A DNA stretch of 64,000 nt. Source: Hyphochytrium catenoides. Lineage: Eukaryota; Protista; Hyphochytriomycota. The DNA lies in assembly GCA_900088475.1 (NCBI GenBank), contig FLMG01001623.1, positions 62,001-126,000 on the forward strand, given 5' to 3'. A program made the translations under genes and the position numbers. Under the pieces are notes generated by a model. That model was not told the DNA's origin and searched no databases. It saw nothing but the letters and a program-made list of their open reading frames with translations. This document shows, in pieces, positions 10,530-23,390 of this stretch (the first letter of the stretch is position 1; each line of letters starts with the position of its first letter).

Positions 10530-13248
10530 TCAGTCATCAGCCCCCTTAGACCGCTTTGACGCTCGCCGAGACGATCGGACGGGAGTCTCTTCCGGCTTCC
10601 GCTTGCTTCTCGTTTGCGGAGTGGCGCCGGCGGAGGCCCTGCCTCTTGGTCTTGGCTGTGATGGGCTCTGTCGGGTCGCTCGACCTCCGCCCCGTCCGCC
10701 CCGCCTGCCTCCTGCTGGCTTCTTAGCATCTTGTTGCTCTTCTTCCCCTTCACTCTCCTCTTGGCTCATATGCTCTGAACCTTCTCCTTCCTCGTGGACA
10801 TCTGACTGAGCATCAGCGACAGACTCCGCCTTTTCCTCCTCTTCATCGTCTGACTCTTTTTTACTACGTATCCGGAGAGATTTTCTAGGAGTAAACTCAT
10901 TAGTGGGTTGAGTTTTCCGTGATCGCCGAGCTGCGGTCCTTGAGTCTACACCGGCCTTCCCTGACTCCTCACTCGGCTCTCCCTCCTTCCCCGACAAGTC
11001 GCGAGCCTTATCTTCTTCTCCTACTCCAGATGTCCTATGGCTGCTACCAGCTTCAGATGTCTTCAACTCCGGGAGATCAGGCTTTCCTCCCTTCGGAGGG
11101 CGACCAACGCGTCGTGGCTTTCCCGCTGGGCTAGTCATAGGAGGCGGAACCGCGCCAGTGCTTGCCGATTTCGCTACCTGGAGCTCTGGCTTGGTCCTTG
11201 GAGTCATCTTGATGGGGCTTTCAACAATGGGTTTGCTGGCCTGAGCTTGACCACTCTGGCCCGATGGCGCATTCCTCGGAGATGCCACCTTTCTAACAGA
11301 CGGCTCCTTGTCAGCAGTAGAGCTTGTGTCGGACTCATCATCTTTATCTTCTTCGTCAGATTCAAGCAACAACTGGCCGAACTCCAGCAGCTGGTTTGCA
11401 TTATCACTTAGCTTCGAGTCCTCCCCATAATATAAGACCGTGTTGGTGCACATCCGATGTATGGCCGTCGCGAACTGTGACCATGTCTTGATGTGCTGAA
11501 ATCATGAGGTGAAGAAAAACAGTTCTTGTGGTCAGCACCATTACCAGGGAAAGAAGTTTAACAGGATACAAAGAATCACATTCAGAAACAAGCTGATGAA
11601 AGAACAGGCCCACAGTTAACCCAGCAACAGCAGAAGGACTGGGCGGACGGGGAGACAGGGAAGGCGAGAGTAGAGATAGGTTTCCGAGAGGCACGCTTCG
11701 GTAGTCCAGTGAGTGTGTTAAGACCACCTCTCATAGAGGTGCTACAGATGACAATACATACTCCTTGTTCTACTTGGTCCCTTATATATTGAAGATCGAC
11801 GATTGGGCCCGCATGCTTGGGGTGCATTACTGGCGTCTTGCTCTGTGGAGAGGAAGAGAGTCAGCGAAGACTTCGGCTGAGGGCTAACTTAGCTTGGCAC
11901 TTACCCCTTTCCTGTAAGGAGCAGCTAGCTCATGGTCGTGTATCGTCTGCCAGACCTGCAGCAAACGCGCAGTAATGGACTTGGCCTCATCTTGTTCGTC
12001 TTGTTGCTTCTTCAAATCCTCCTTGGTTGCTCCCGACAGCTTAGGTGGAGTGGATAGAGCTGGCACCTTTTCCTCTTTCTTTGGAACTTCCGCAATTGCG
12101 GTTTGCTTGATGGAGCCACCTTGATGTGGCGATGTAAGTGTAGCAGATGAAGAAGCAGTAAGGGGTACATCAACCCCCGGAATAGCAGAAAGCGAAGAAA
12201 CGCTGAGTTTCTCTTCCTTGTCAGGCAGCTTTATCTTGCCCCCTTTGTCATTGGCCTCAACGCTTGCCGTCAGGGTCTCGGAAGGTCGTGGACTGCCCTT
12301 GTCCTGACGTACGCTGGGCGCCTCATCAGCGTTTTGATTAATCTGTGTACTACTTTCAATGGGACTCTTAGCTACGGACGCATTCAACAGCGCCTTTCTC
12401 TTCTCTTCCTGCTTTCTCATCTCGTCCTCCTTAGCTTTCCTCTCCACCTCTTTCTTGAGCTCTTCTTCCTTCTTCCTCTTATCCTCCTCTTTCCTTCTCT
12501 GTTCATCTTTCTTCTTTCTCTCTTCTATCTCCTTCCTTTTCTCCTCCTCCAACCTCTTCCTTTCATCCTCCTTCTCCTTCTCTTTGATTTCCTTGTCTTT
12601 CTTCTCTTCCTCCTTTTTCTGCTCTGGTTTCTTCTCCGCCAGCGCAGTGGCGTCCTTCTTTGGAAGCGCAATATCCTTCGCTTCTGCCACGGCCAACGGG
12701 CCGCGAGCTTTGGACTCTGCGTTTGTATGGTCTTTCGATAAGAGCTTCCTGACCGCCTCCAACTCTTTAGGAGCAGGTGTCTTGGCCTGCGAGAGCAGCG
12801 CGCTTGCTTGATCCTGCTTTGAACTTCCTGGAAGCGCAAGACCTGGAGGCACTTTTATCTCCTCCTGCTTAGATGGGGCTGATGAACTCTTTTGCTCCGG
12901 CTTTTTTCGCTCTGCTCTCTTCTTCTCCTCGAGCGCTACCGCGTCAACCAGTGCCTGTGGAGCTTTCGGCAGCGTCACCACCGCGGCTATGGTAGGGAAA
13001 AGGCGCTCAGGCAAGGGCTTCGTGAGGATTTGCAGCAATTCGTCATCTGCATTTCCCTCTCGAATATCCTTAACCTTTACCGTGAGATATCTGAGGAGAC
13101 ACATGAGGAGCCAGGACAGACGAGCAGCGATGGTTTGGGTCAAGCTGGTATCATCCTATCATCTTCCCTGCAGGTCAGCCTACCGAATTGCCTCTTCCAG
13201 CTCCTCCTGAGGAACGGCCTTGGCCGCCTCGTCCATCTTTATCGCCAT
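10530..13248 (-). CDS. BRD8-like bromodomain chromatin protein with a Lys/Glu coiled coil and an AT-hook-like motif
   Basis: N-terminal LEEAIR|YLTVKVKDIREGNADDEL. Spliced bromodomain LLQVWQTIHDHELAAPYRKG|SKTPVMHPKHAGPIVDLQYIRDQVEQG|HIKTWSQFATAIHRMCTNTVLYYGEDS. RRVGRPPK in the tail. Confidence 0.75.
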
Positions 13249-13868
13249 TCTGGCACCGGAAGCCTCAGAGTCTACCACTTGAAGGACTATGAAGGGACAT
13301 CATAGCGACCCTCGATCAAGCACCACAGCCAGTCTTGCGGTTCCAAACTGACGCTCTGCTACAGGCTGGCTCAAGGATAGTGCGGCACTATCGGAAGCAG
13401 GAGCAGAGCACTGATATCTCTTGTCAGGAATAGCAATAGAATGGCAGGAGTTGTCCACGTTCAAAGACACGACTTACGCCCCTAAAGAAGTTGCAATGGG
13501 AGAAGCGATTGAGCCTCTCTCTGAAAGATCAGAGAAGGAGCCGCTAACACCTAGACACCTCCACCCAAAGAGGAGAGTGTGCTGTGTCTGCAGATTATTG
13601 TCTTATCTTACAATAAAGACACCATATAAAGACAAGGGAAGATCTTTGAAGATCTGGAGATGCTGACAAATCATCACAGAGATTTGGCACTGGGAGAGTG
13701 GCTAATAAGCTAGGAAGTTCTGAGCTAAGAATGCTGGTCAACGCGGAGGAGCAGGGGTTCGGCAGGCAAGACTGGCCAAGGAATGGACTCGTGGAGCTCG
13801 TGTGGGCAATCTTCAGTAATAAATTAGGAGTCTGATGTACTATCTTAGGCTCTCGGTAGGCCCTTCTC

Positions 13869-16800
13869 TCACATTTTCAGCTTCCATATCTTGAGCTTGA
13901 AACCCAGTAGCTCAGATATCGTGGCGGAGAAAGCGGAGAGAACGAGAACCCGGGTCAAGTTATAAAGAAAGGGGTTCATCGTCACCCCTGATACCTTGTT
14001 CGGCTTCTCTAGCTCCTATGGGCAATAATATGCAGCGACATGATCAAGAGAAGAGAGATGAACATCAGGGCGATGAGTGGCAAACAGAGGTCCAGTCTAT
14101 GGCCCGTACCTTGAGAAGCTTGGTGGCAACTTTGAGGACACTGTTTGACATCAGCAGAGACTCCTTCTTCTTGCCATGATGAGTCCCATGTATGAGGCGT
14201 AAGTATATGTTCAGCTACAAGCAGCCCGGCCAGCAGCAGTTAAGATTAGTGGCCTCAGATGAAGCCTTGATACGTCACGATTTCCAAAGACGACTCTCAC
14301 TTTGAGTAGTATCGAGAATGCATTGACGCAGAGACACACTCCTCTAACCAGCACATGGAGGATATCTAATGGCAAAGGAGGGTGGCGGAGTAGACCTACC
14401 TGTTCTGTCAACAGCAGCCCTGAGTTCTGATACTTCTTGTTGATCCTTGACCCAAGCATCATGAAGCGAAGGACATAAAAGCTGCATAACGCAGGCAGTT
14501 AGCTGCTACCGACCCAGGGCATTGTTCTTCTGAGAGAGGGAAGGAACACACCTTACAACGGCGCACCAGCAAAACACCTCTACCCCAGGCAACGATGTGA
14601 GAAGCTCCGTGGTATCGTTCTTCTCGTACAACGCAAACTGGGAAAGATGTAACACGTCAGGTGGGCGAGGAGGATGAGTTCAGAGACAATGACATGGGCG
14701 ATTACAGCTTTAATCGAGAGATATCACAAGAGATAAGTAGGGTTCACCCTGAATGGCCCTAGGTGGCGTCCTGACATACCTGAATCATAAGGAAAGCCAC
14801 CAGCAGAAGGTTTATTACAAAGCATGAAGAGACAATGGCGTCAGCAGCCCGCTGTTTGCCTTGCTTCTTCAGCCAAGCACGACCAGCTCGGAGAGATAAC
14901 CAAGCCTGCAAGGATAGTGCCAAGAGTCACTAACAATAAGGCAACCAGCTGTACAATTCGCCAAAAAGCCATCTTTACCTTGATATTCACAGCGTTCTTT
15001 AATCGAAAGTGAGGCAACCGCGCTCTTTTAGCTCTAGAGGCAGAAGTTAACGCCGCGAAGCTCTTCGCATATCTAAGTCAAGCGATATCAGCGAGCTCCC
15101 AACGTATTACAAAAGAACCGGAAGGCATGTGGCTTACATATATCTGCGATAGTAGGTGACCTCGGCTTCTGCAAGCTCCAGGAAGAAGAGGGTGGCTAAG
15201 ATGAACGAAGAAATCATGCTGGTCACAGAGATGAACGAAGTTAACCAGCCGCTGCCGAACATCAGGGGTGAGACTTGAAGCAGGATTTGCACGAGCTCTT
15301 CGATCCGCTTCTGTCCTTTGTGAATGTGTGGCTATTGCGTGAACGAAGAGAGCATAAGCAAGTTGGTTAGTACTAGCATCAACTACCAACGAGAGGATCA
15401 TTGAGGGCCATCGTTAGCAAACGCTGGAGCAAGCAATGGACAGTGAAAGGAGGACAAGAGAGAGTAGAGGGAGGAGATCCCACGTACATAAATGGTGGCA
15501 CCTTTGTCCGAGCTTGGTGCGGGACAGGCGTAAGAAGGTTGCGCCGTTACTACTGTCGCCGCACAGGCAAGGATATTGGGGATGGCGAGGAGTCGCTGTA
15601 TGCAAGGAGACGTAGCGATTAAAGCTGCGCCCAAAGGTGCAGCATTCCGATATAAATGGCTTGGAGGGTGCCGTTTGACCTACAGAGTGAGCACGAGCAT
15701 GGACTCAGAAAATGTTGCTTCACCTTGCTAACTACCTATGGTCGCCTTTTCGATGTGTCCTCTTAAACGCTTCCATGACGTAGTCGTGGATACGGCAGAT
15801 AGAAGATTCCTTTTCTCACCCCCTCTCTAGCTTGCCCACAAGCCCGGCCTAGGTAATAGTGCTGAGTCAACCAGCTCCGCCCCAGCCTACCTTTTCAATA
15901 ATGGCTTCCCTAAGGCTGTAAACCGGCATCTCAACTTTATAAGCAATTCCTGATTCGGTCCACTTGATGACGTTGACTTTCCGGTTGATTGCTGAACTTA
16001 ACGAGTTATCCTGGTCGGAATGCAAGAGATTCTGGTCGTACTCCTAGGACATGGGATGGTCGTCAAGGTGTGAGCGATTGCCAAAAGGGCTAAATCCTGG
16101 GGCCGTTACCAGCACAACGAGAAGCTGTAATCCTTCTTTACTGTACCTTCTTGATGGCCTCTTCCATGGAGTCTTTGGGTTCCTTTGAGGGATCTGTTCT
16201 GGCTTCTTCCTTCCACGGAGGAACTGGTGCATCACTTTCCCTCCTACGACGCCGCTGGGTTTTGGAGGTCTTGCTCCTCGTTATTGGACTGCCGTCATAC
16301 TCGTCCGTTGCGACAGTTGAAGGGGAGAGGAGATGGTCAGGAGTCATAACGCCTGGAATAAGTGGGTCTGCCTCAGAATCCGACGACTGGTCGGATCCAA
16401 AGAAAACCTTGCTCCTCCTCTCAGGTACTGTTCTTGGCGGTATCCTCCTTTTCAAGAATTGCGTCGCGGAGCCGTCCTGTCCAGATAAAGACAAAGAGTC
16501 AGTCGAGCTCTAGCCCAAGATCCCTTTCTCTCTAGATATAGCTCTTTGGTCTAGCTTGGTCTATTCCGCAACTTGTTTTGCTCCCTACTCTTCCCGCTGC
16601 TGATTGACTTACACTCAGGTGATTTCTTCCTGGAGAAAGCTTCCCTCCATCCAATGAAGTCGAACTGATTCTCCTAGCCGCTCTTGCCGTATCCGAGTTG
16701 GCAGGAGAACAAAGATAAGGATGGATAGGTTGTGCGTAGTCCGCAGCACGACGCAGACCGGCGCCTTCTGGGGAGCTTTGTGGCCTTGCCCTCGGGCGAG

Positions 16801-18624
16801 GCGGTTGACCCCTAGCGAGGGCGGACTGCATAGTTTGCGCACTCCGGACACCCCATGTTCGAGATGGTAGACTAGACGGAGCCCACGTGCTATACTGCTT
16901 CGAGGAGTGACCGGTGGCCGGAAGCTGCCAGGAATTAGGGGGAATACGCCTTTCCCTCCCTTCCCTGTCGGAGAGATCTTCAGAGGCTGATGAAGTGCCA
17001 TCACTTGTATCTGACTCAGAGTCGCTGGAGTTCAGGGCATGGTCTGCATGGTAGTACCATCCACGAGCCCAGTAGCATAGCAGAGGCCGAGATCAAAGAG
17101 ACATTAGTTGACTATGTCCTCAGACCCAGAATCCTTACTTCCAAAACAGATATGCAAACTGTTACCTCTGTCCACCCCCATATACGCTTCTCGCTCGACG
17201 GCGTCGCGAATGATAGTGCCCTTTAGTTTCCCCTTGGATTTGGCAGGGCTCATGTAGCCTTGTATCCGCCCATAGCCTTAGTTCGACGTGGCAGCAGAAG
17301 ATGGGTGTGAGAGGACTACAACTTCTCCTTGTTTTGTACTCACTCTGTTCCCTACCTAGCGCACAAATAAGCAGCAGAATTACTGGCATAAAGACCTCCA
17401 GTGGGTGTAGCTCAATGTGCTCCTCTCTGCTGCTGGCTAGGTAGAGGTAGATGGCAAGGCCCTGTAATGCTGCCATTGCTGTAGCCAAGCCCCACTTCAG
17501 CCGTGTAGCCTATAGAAAGGTGAACAAAGTTGCTAAGACGCAGTATATGGGGAGCCAGACGAGAGCAGTGCATGGAGAGGTAGGATGCCATGATAAATAA
17601 CAGAAACTGCTCAGCTACATCTATGAGAGTAATAGAAAGAAGGGAAGGCGTCGACGAGAGCCGCGGTAAAGTGTGCTGTGATTTGATGGTGAGGCCCTCC
17701 TGTGCCAACAGCTTAAAAAACGCACAGGGAGATAGCAGAAATAGCTCTTACCCTGTGTGTCCAGTATGAGGGATAGAGAGGAAAGAAGAGTAACCGGACG
17801 AACGCCGCCTTCGCAGCTTCGTAGTCATTGTGTGATGGCTTAGTATTGAACAAGCTGGACCTGCAAGGAAACAACCAAGTAGTGGCACAAACAAGGGAGA
17901 GGTGATTAGACCAGTCGTAGTCTCTTGGCTTGCCCCATAGCCTAAGGCTCTATGCCTTCCCATTTCATGGCCCCAGTTAACCCTTTCCAATGAAGTCCCT
18001 GCCCCTCTTCCCCATGCATACGCTAACACTTACTCCTTGATCACTTCGATGTCTAACAGCTCGCGTTGCACAGCAAGTTTCCGAAGCCTTTGGGTGGAAC
18101 CAGAGTGTGAGAGAGACTTCTTTCTGATCTTTCCTCTTGTCCCAGGAGAGCTTCCAGGGGTTCCTTTCATGTGAGGAGAAGGTGCTCTGGAGCTTCTTCT
18201 TTCTGGGAGTGAGGCCGTTCTTCTCACAGGTGCTTCCATTGGTGGCAGCATGAGTGAACCCTTCAGGGCCTAAGGTGTAGTCAACAGGCAGGCGCAAGAC
18301 CGCAGAGCGCGTGGCAAAGTGTTACAGGGGGACGCGGTAAGAAAACTGCTCAGAGGCAAATAGAGGCCGTGAAGCTAGGGGAGCTGGCCTGGGAGAGAGT
18401 CGGGAGTTGATATGCCAGAGACAAAACAGAGGCCAAACGGAGACCCCGGAAATTAGGAGAGGTGCAACCAAAGCGATATGAAAAGCCAGATACGGGGGCC
18501 ATGAAATTCGAAGTATGAGAAAGCGGCTAAATCGGGTACTTGAAGGGTTAGCAATGGCAGAACCGGGTACTTTGTTGACCTTTTCCTCAGGTACCGTCCA
18601 TGGACTAGGGACTCCTTGCTCCAT
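13869..18624 (-). CDS. PHTF: PHTF1/2-family multi-pass membrane protein (many exons; start uncertain)
   Basis: N-terminal RELLDIEVIKE|SSLFNTKP...FVRLLFFPLYPSYW and HPLEVFMPVILLL. C-terminal YAKSFAALTSASRAKRARLPHFRLKNAVNIK|AWLSLR, LGSRINKKYQNSGLLLTEQ, VLKVATKLLK|ELEKPNKVSGVTMNPFLYNLTRVLVLSAFSATISELLGFKLKIWKLKM*. These match the recalled PHTF conserved blocks. Confidence 0.88.
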
Positions 18625-19458
18625 CTCCCCTCTGCGTGAGTGACTACGCGTTGTACGCTCTCATACCACCTGCTAATCCCTCAGGACTATGGCTGAACTC
18701 TAGCCGCCTACTTCTTTCCTATACTCTCAATCAGATAAGCCTCGTCCCCGTGCTTCCACGAACTCCTACTAAACCTCCTAAACCTTCTGAGAACCTTGGC
18801 TTCTACGCCCAGCTGCACACCTTTTTAACAGACTATAATCTGCCTGTCAAAGCTAATGCTCGGTAGGGTCCAAGGATCTGCAGGCCAGAGTTAAGGAGCT
18901 TCCGAGCCGACCAACTCGGCGAACGCGTCTCAGCTGTGACCAACCTGTCATCCTCTCAACGGCCATCAAACTCTCTCTCTCGCTCCCACAGCACAAGAGA
19001 GGGAATGAGGAAAGGGAAGCCGCTCCTGGGGGAGCTTTGGATGTACACACCTCCTAATAATATGACCAGTTACCCATATTGTTACCTCATAGGGCTGACA
19101 TGCGCAGAGGAGGTGGCGAGACGAAAGGTTGCACAAAGCTCTGGAGCTCCCTCGCTCACTGCACTTGATCTCTTTTTTCTGGCTCTCCCTCGAGGATCTT
19201 CCCAGATGTTCTCACTTCTCAATCCTGGTAGACGGCTCTCTCCTCCTAGTTGCTCACTCTCTTTACTATCTAATAATCTGTCTACCGTCTCTTCCACCAG
19301 CCATCGAGCGATCCATGACGGGGATAATGCGTCAGTAGCATCGCGAGCAAGACTGGCCACGACGGCGTATCTACTGCTCCGCGAGACGGTAAGGGAAGCT
19401 TAAGGACTTGGTAGGTAGTGCTATAATATAATAAGTATAGTCAGCCTTGCTCTCACTA

Positions 19459-20956
19459 TCACGATTCTGGAGAAACGGACGGCTTTAAAGGGAGGATTTT
19501 TGGTGGAGAGCCTTGCACGAAGGTCAAGATGACGTTCGAGGGGATCTGCACCCAGGATCCTCCCTGGTGGTGAAGGGGCTCAGAGGCAATTAGAATGGCA
19601 TTCTCAGTAGGTGAAAGGGTAATCTCTGTCTCTCCTGTGGCTGTGTGTTTCACAATCTGTTGCGTCCGCAGCACCGAACCGGGACTGCTCAGCGGCATAG
19701 CATCAGTGATAACACCCGATACTGCATCCTCAGACAGCTGCGGAGGTTGTAGATGGCAGGGTGAAGTTGCTTGAGTCTTGATCCTCTTGATTTTTGGGGA
19801 GGTGGCATGGCCTTCTCCTTTGGACGTTTGGTCTGATCCATCACCTGGCCTTTGATTGGGTACAGCACCCGACTTCCTTCTGCAGAATCCCTCAAGTAGC
19901 TCGCTATGCTTCACGTAACAATAGTACAGGGACGGTGGTGGAACCCGAGGGTACTTGTCGCAGTATCTGCGAGAATTCTGAGAGTGAGAAGTCATATTCG
20001 GGGGCCTCTACCAATGAGCGGGAAGCTCTTCACCTTGTGGCGAGGACGTTTTGCCCGTCAGTGACAGCAAAATTGAAGGTAGAGAATCCTTCCTCTATCG
20101 CGGCTTCCTGAACCATGGCCTCCAGTTGAAAGATGGTCTTCTTTATTGCCGCGCACAACTCCTGCGTGAGAGACTAAGCAATACTACTCACTAGTTGCTC
20201 TGCCTGCTTCTACCTACCTCCAGTGTGAAGGATGGAGCGCAACAGTCCTTCAGGTGGCTGAGAAATAGCGCAAAAATATGCTCAGTGTCGGTACTGCCTT
20301 CAATTCCGTTGTATAGATGGTCAGGCAACACTGATCTGATCTGCCTCCTGATCTTCTGAAAGCCTTCCAAGTGCCCATTGTGCTTCATAGCAAAGACTAA
20401 GACGAGGCTCTGCCACAGCGCATTGACAGATCGCGATCTCACACCTGAAAGAGAAGCATATGATGCCTGAAAGGATGACAGTTGTAGATCATGATTGGTG
20501 CTCCCGGAGTGGCAGCTCTCACGTGGCCCAAAATACAGTTTGATTCTGTAGCTCTACAGACTTCGCGAAGGTTGGGATCATTCCATGCAGGCGTGATGCT
20601 TCTAAGCACGGCAGGGGGTTTCTGGGAGTCATAGTACCAACCTAACACGACCGTCAGCAGTCACGCTTGAGTATGCTTTCACTAAGAGGTCAACGCACGT
20701 ACCAACTCCAAAGCCATCGGCATTGAAATTTGCGTTATTCTCACACGTGAACCCTGGGTGGTAGGTTGCATCAAATGACTGCTTTACCAAGGAGTTTTCG
20801 GAGCGTAGAACCAGGTCAGCAAGCGTCACCTTGTTATTGGACTATGAAGGATAGATTATGGTGAGTACTGAGCAAAGACCGCAATTAGAGAAAGACACGA
20901 GAAGTAAAAGTTCCCTGATGTGTCTGTTATACCTTAAACAAGAGCCATCGGCACAT
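19459..20956 (-). CDS. Class II (Ntn) glutamine amidotransferase, DUG3/EgtC/YafJ-like
   Basis: N-terminal MCR (Cys2 nucleophile), NADGFGV|GWY, PAWNDPNL, GHVRAAT, NCHPF, HNG, IEGSTDTEHIFALF, FNFAVTDG, ATR|Y, IASEPL. Confidence 0.92.
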
Positions 20957-21301
20957 CTTGGCTGGAAGAGGCGGCCCTACTATCCCTGTAGACTTCAAGA
21001 GCTCCTCTTTTGAACAAAGCCGCTGCTTTATGGGTTCGACAGTCAAGCAAGCACTTGCGACTTGTTACGTATGCTAGCTCCTCGACGCCGCGACAACACC
21101 GCCTTGTGGCTCATAACGCTAGAGCTCAATGAAAGCCCTTGAAGGAGCGGTAGGGAGCTTAGAGTAGTATCAGATCTCACTGATCTATGGCTACTATGTT
21201 CCATCAAACCCTCGGCACAAAGGAAGGTATCCTTGAGCTTCATCCGGCGGTACTCTATGTCGTCTCTTCTCGATGGCTAGGTGCTCCACCCGCGTACCAA
21301 C

Positions 21302-21374
21302 NNNNNNNNNNNNNNNNNNNNNNNNNNNNNNNNNNNNNNNNNNNNNNNNNNNNNNNNNNNNNNNNNNNNNNNNN
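21302..21374. other. Assembly gap (N run)
   Basis: 73 N characters. Confidence 0.99.
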
Positions 21375-21935
21375 CGAAGCTGATAACCATCTCCCAGTAA
21401 CTACAGGGCTCGGACGGTTCGGGAAGGGCTATTTTCGGTTCATGATGACCTCAACATCGACAGGGATCCGAGAATAATAAGGTCTTTCAGCCCTTTGATT
21501 ACGGCACGACTGTTTCCAGTTCTGTTTTACCATAAAATATCCTGACTACTGACTACTGACAATCTTTGAGACACATGGCATAGAAGATGATAGCGAACTT
21601 TTCTCTGGTCGAGTCTACGGACAAACCTTGATGACGAGGAACGCCCGCCCTAAGGAGGTTTAAATAAGACGATGGGGTTCCCTTCCCGTTCCGCCAGCTA
21701 CAAGGCCTAACTATTGCCCTTTTAGTTGTTGACTGTGTTTATGTTTGGGGTTCAATGCGTACTACATAGTTGAATAATAATGATATAGGAGAGGATATAC
21801 ATTCCCTCGTCACTGTGGAATAACTTATGTCTCTTCATGCTAGCACCATCTACATGCCTTCTTACCTTATTGGTACGTCTGCCCATGCACTTTTCAGTTG
21901 TGATAGTGGACGCTTCCGAAGCCAGCAATCACGGA

Positions 21936-23390
21936 TTAGGCACCCATCCAGTTGCAGCTGGCATTTGCTATAATATGTTCCCGAGCTGGAAGCATGCTTC
22001 TCTCGTACTGATTGATGCTGTCCACATAAGCGTCAAGATAGTGTTCTTTCACGTTCTTGAAAGCTAAGCTCTGAGTCGCTTCTGCTGGGAAGTTGCTGGC
22101 TTTCAGGTCAGCCAAAACGTCCATTTTACCATCATGTAACCACACCGGTGTACCGATGTGCTGATAGTGATCCCAGGGTGGCATGGCTGCGACAGGATCC
22201 TGGCCATTAACGACTCTCATCTTCCGCTTCAGCATCACTTGCAGCTTCCGAAAATTGGACATGACGAGATCAGTTTCCTCCTTTCCCCTAGAGTCATCAC
22301 CAACAGATATTGTTCGAGGCTCGGCAAAGGTCCAAATTGACAAGTCTTGGCTGTTTGGATCTCGGAAGCGGGTGAAGTTGTAGCGGTGGTTACCCTCGTC
22401 ATCGCTCTCAAGAGCATCGTCTAACATCAGTTGAACCGCCAGCAAGTTCGCCAACCCGCCTCCTCGAGAATGACCCGTAATCAGTAGTCGGCGGTGATCT
22501 CCTAGGCACTCACGAAGGTCCTGAATGAATTCGCTGTAGGCTGGCTGCCCTTTGTCATTTGACGTGAGTGTTAGCCTCTCGTAGGCGTTCAAAAAACCTG
22601 TGTGGCCGTAGGTCATCAGTTGACCAGTCGACTTGTCCGTCTTGAATTTCTTATGTTTACCGTACAGCGCACCGACAGAGCCAACCAGCTGTGAGACTCC
22701 GACAGTAGCACGAAAAGCAACCAGACAAGTGTGATCGTCCCTATGCCTAGCCAGAAGCCCGTAATCGCCACCCCAGTAGTACTCAGCAAGGAGATGATAT
22801 GGCGTTGTTCCTAGATACTTTAGAGATGGCTCGGCTTCCTCACACATGTGACAAAGAGTTGCGTCTGAACGTTGAGGACCAGGCTTTAGGCAGACAGCGC
22901 ATGATCTTTTAGCTTTTGCTCCTTCATCATGCGACTCACGGCCGGTGCAAGTGAAGACCTCCTTCACAATATGGAGTAGTGTACGCATGAGCTGCAGTAG
23001 CTGTTGTACATCGTTACGTCCTGCCTGGGCATCTGCATCGCTCTTTCCCTCCTCTGCCGTGTTTCTAGAGGTAGGCAGCGACTCGAGTGGCCTTGAATCA
23101 CTTAAAGCGTTCTTGGCAAGAACAGGTGCTGCACGCCTTCCACAATCCGGCTCATCATCTCCGGGCTTTGGCATGGTTATTAATGGAATATTCTTTGCTC
23201 CTGCTTGCAACCCAGATTCATAGTCCCCGGATAGTTCCATAGCAGCTCCATTCAGGCTGGTTTTCCCGTTTCCATCAACCTTCTGTCGTCCGCTCGGTCT
23301 GTGACACGATGCAGAAGTGAAACCTGCTGCCAGCATCAGGAAGAGACCGAGGATGACAAATCCCCGAAGAAAGAGGCTCGTCATCCCCAT
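21936..23390 (-). CDS. Secreted class 3 lipase (Lipase_3), intronless
   Basis: 484-aa ORF with a hydrophobic signal peptide, VAFRAT, GHTGFLNAY, ITGHSRGG (nucleophile Ser), WTFAEPR, RVVNGQDPVAAMPP (Asp), YQHIG and EHYLDAY (His). Confidence 0.9.
   Translation of the reverse strand: MGMTSLFLRGFVILGLFLMLAAGFTSASCHRPSGRQKVDGNGKTSLNGAAMELSGDYESGLQAGAKNIPLITMPKPGDDEPDCGRRAAPVLAKNALSDSRPLESLPTSRNTAEEGKSDADAQAGRNDVQQLLQLMRTLLHIVKEVFTCTGRESHDEGAKAKRSCAVCLKPGPQRSDATLCHMCEEAEPSLKYLGTTPYHLLAEYYWGGDYGLLARHRDDHTCLVAFRATVGVSQLVGSVGALYGKHKKFKTDKSTGQLMTYGHTGFLNAYERLTLTSNDKGQPAYSEFIQDLRECLGDHRRLLITGHSRGGGLANLLAVQLMLDDALESDDEGNHRYNFTRFRDPNSQDLSIWTFAEPRTISVGDDSRGKEETDLVMSNFRKLQVMLKRKMRVVNGQDPVAAMPPWDHYQHIGTPVWLHDGKMDVLADLKASNFPAEATQSLAFKNVKEHYLDAYVDSINQYERSMLPAREHIIANASCNWMGA

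Noticed and set aside
12334-12811. Hydrophobic Phe/Ser/Leu-rich plus-strand ORFs that look like membrane proteins (also 60079-60411 on the minus strand)
   Set aside because: They are antisense shadows of Lys/Glu-rich coding regions.
18640-19400. ORF 19082-19360 (-) and overlapping ORFs
   Set aside because: No family signal. It may be PHTF 5'UTR or extra exons, or DUG3 3'UTR.
21400-21480. CAGGGCTCGG next to the gap, resembling a hAT-type terminal inverted repeat
   Set aside because: No matching opposite end, target-site duplication or transposase was found.
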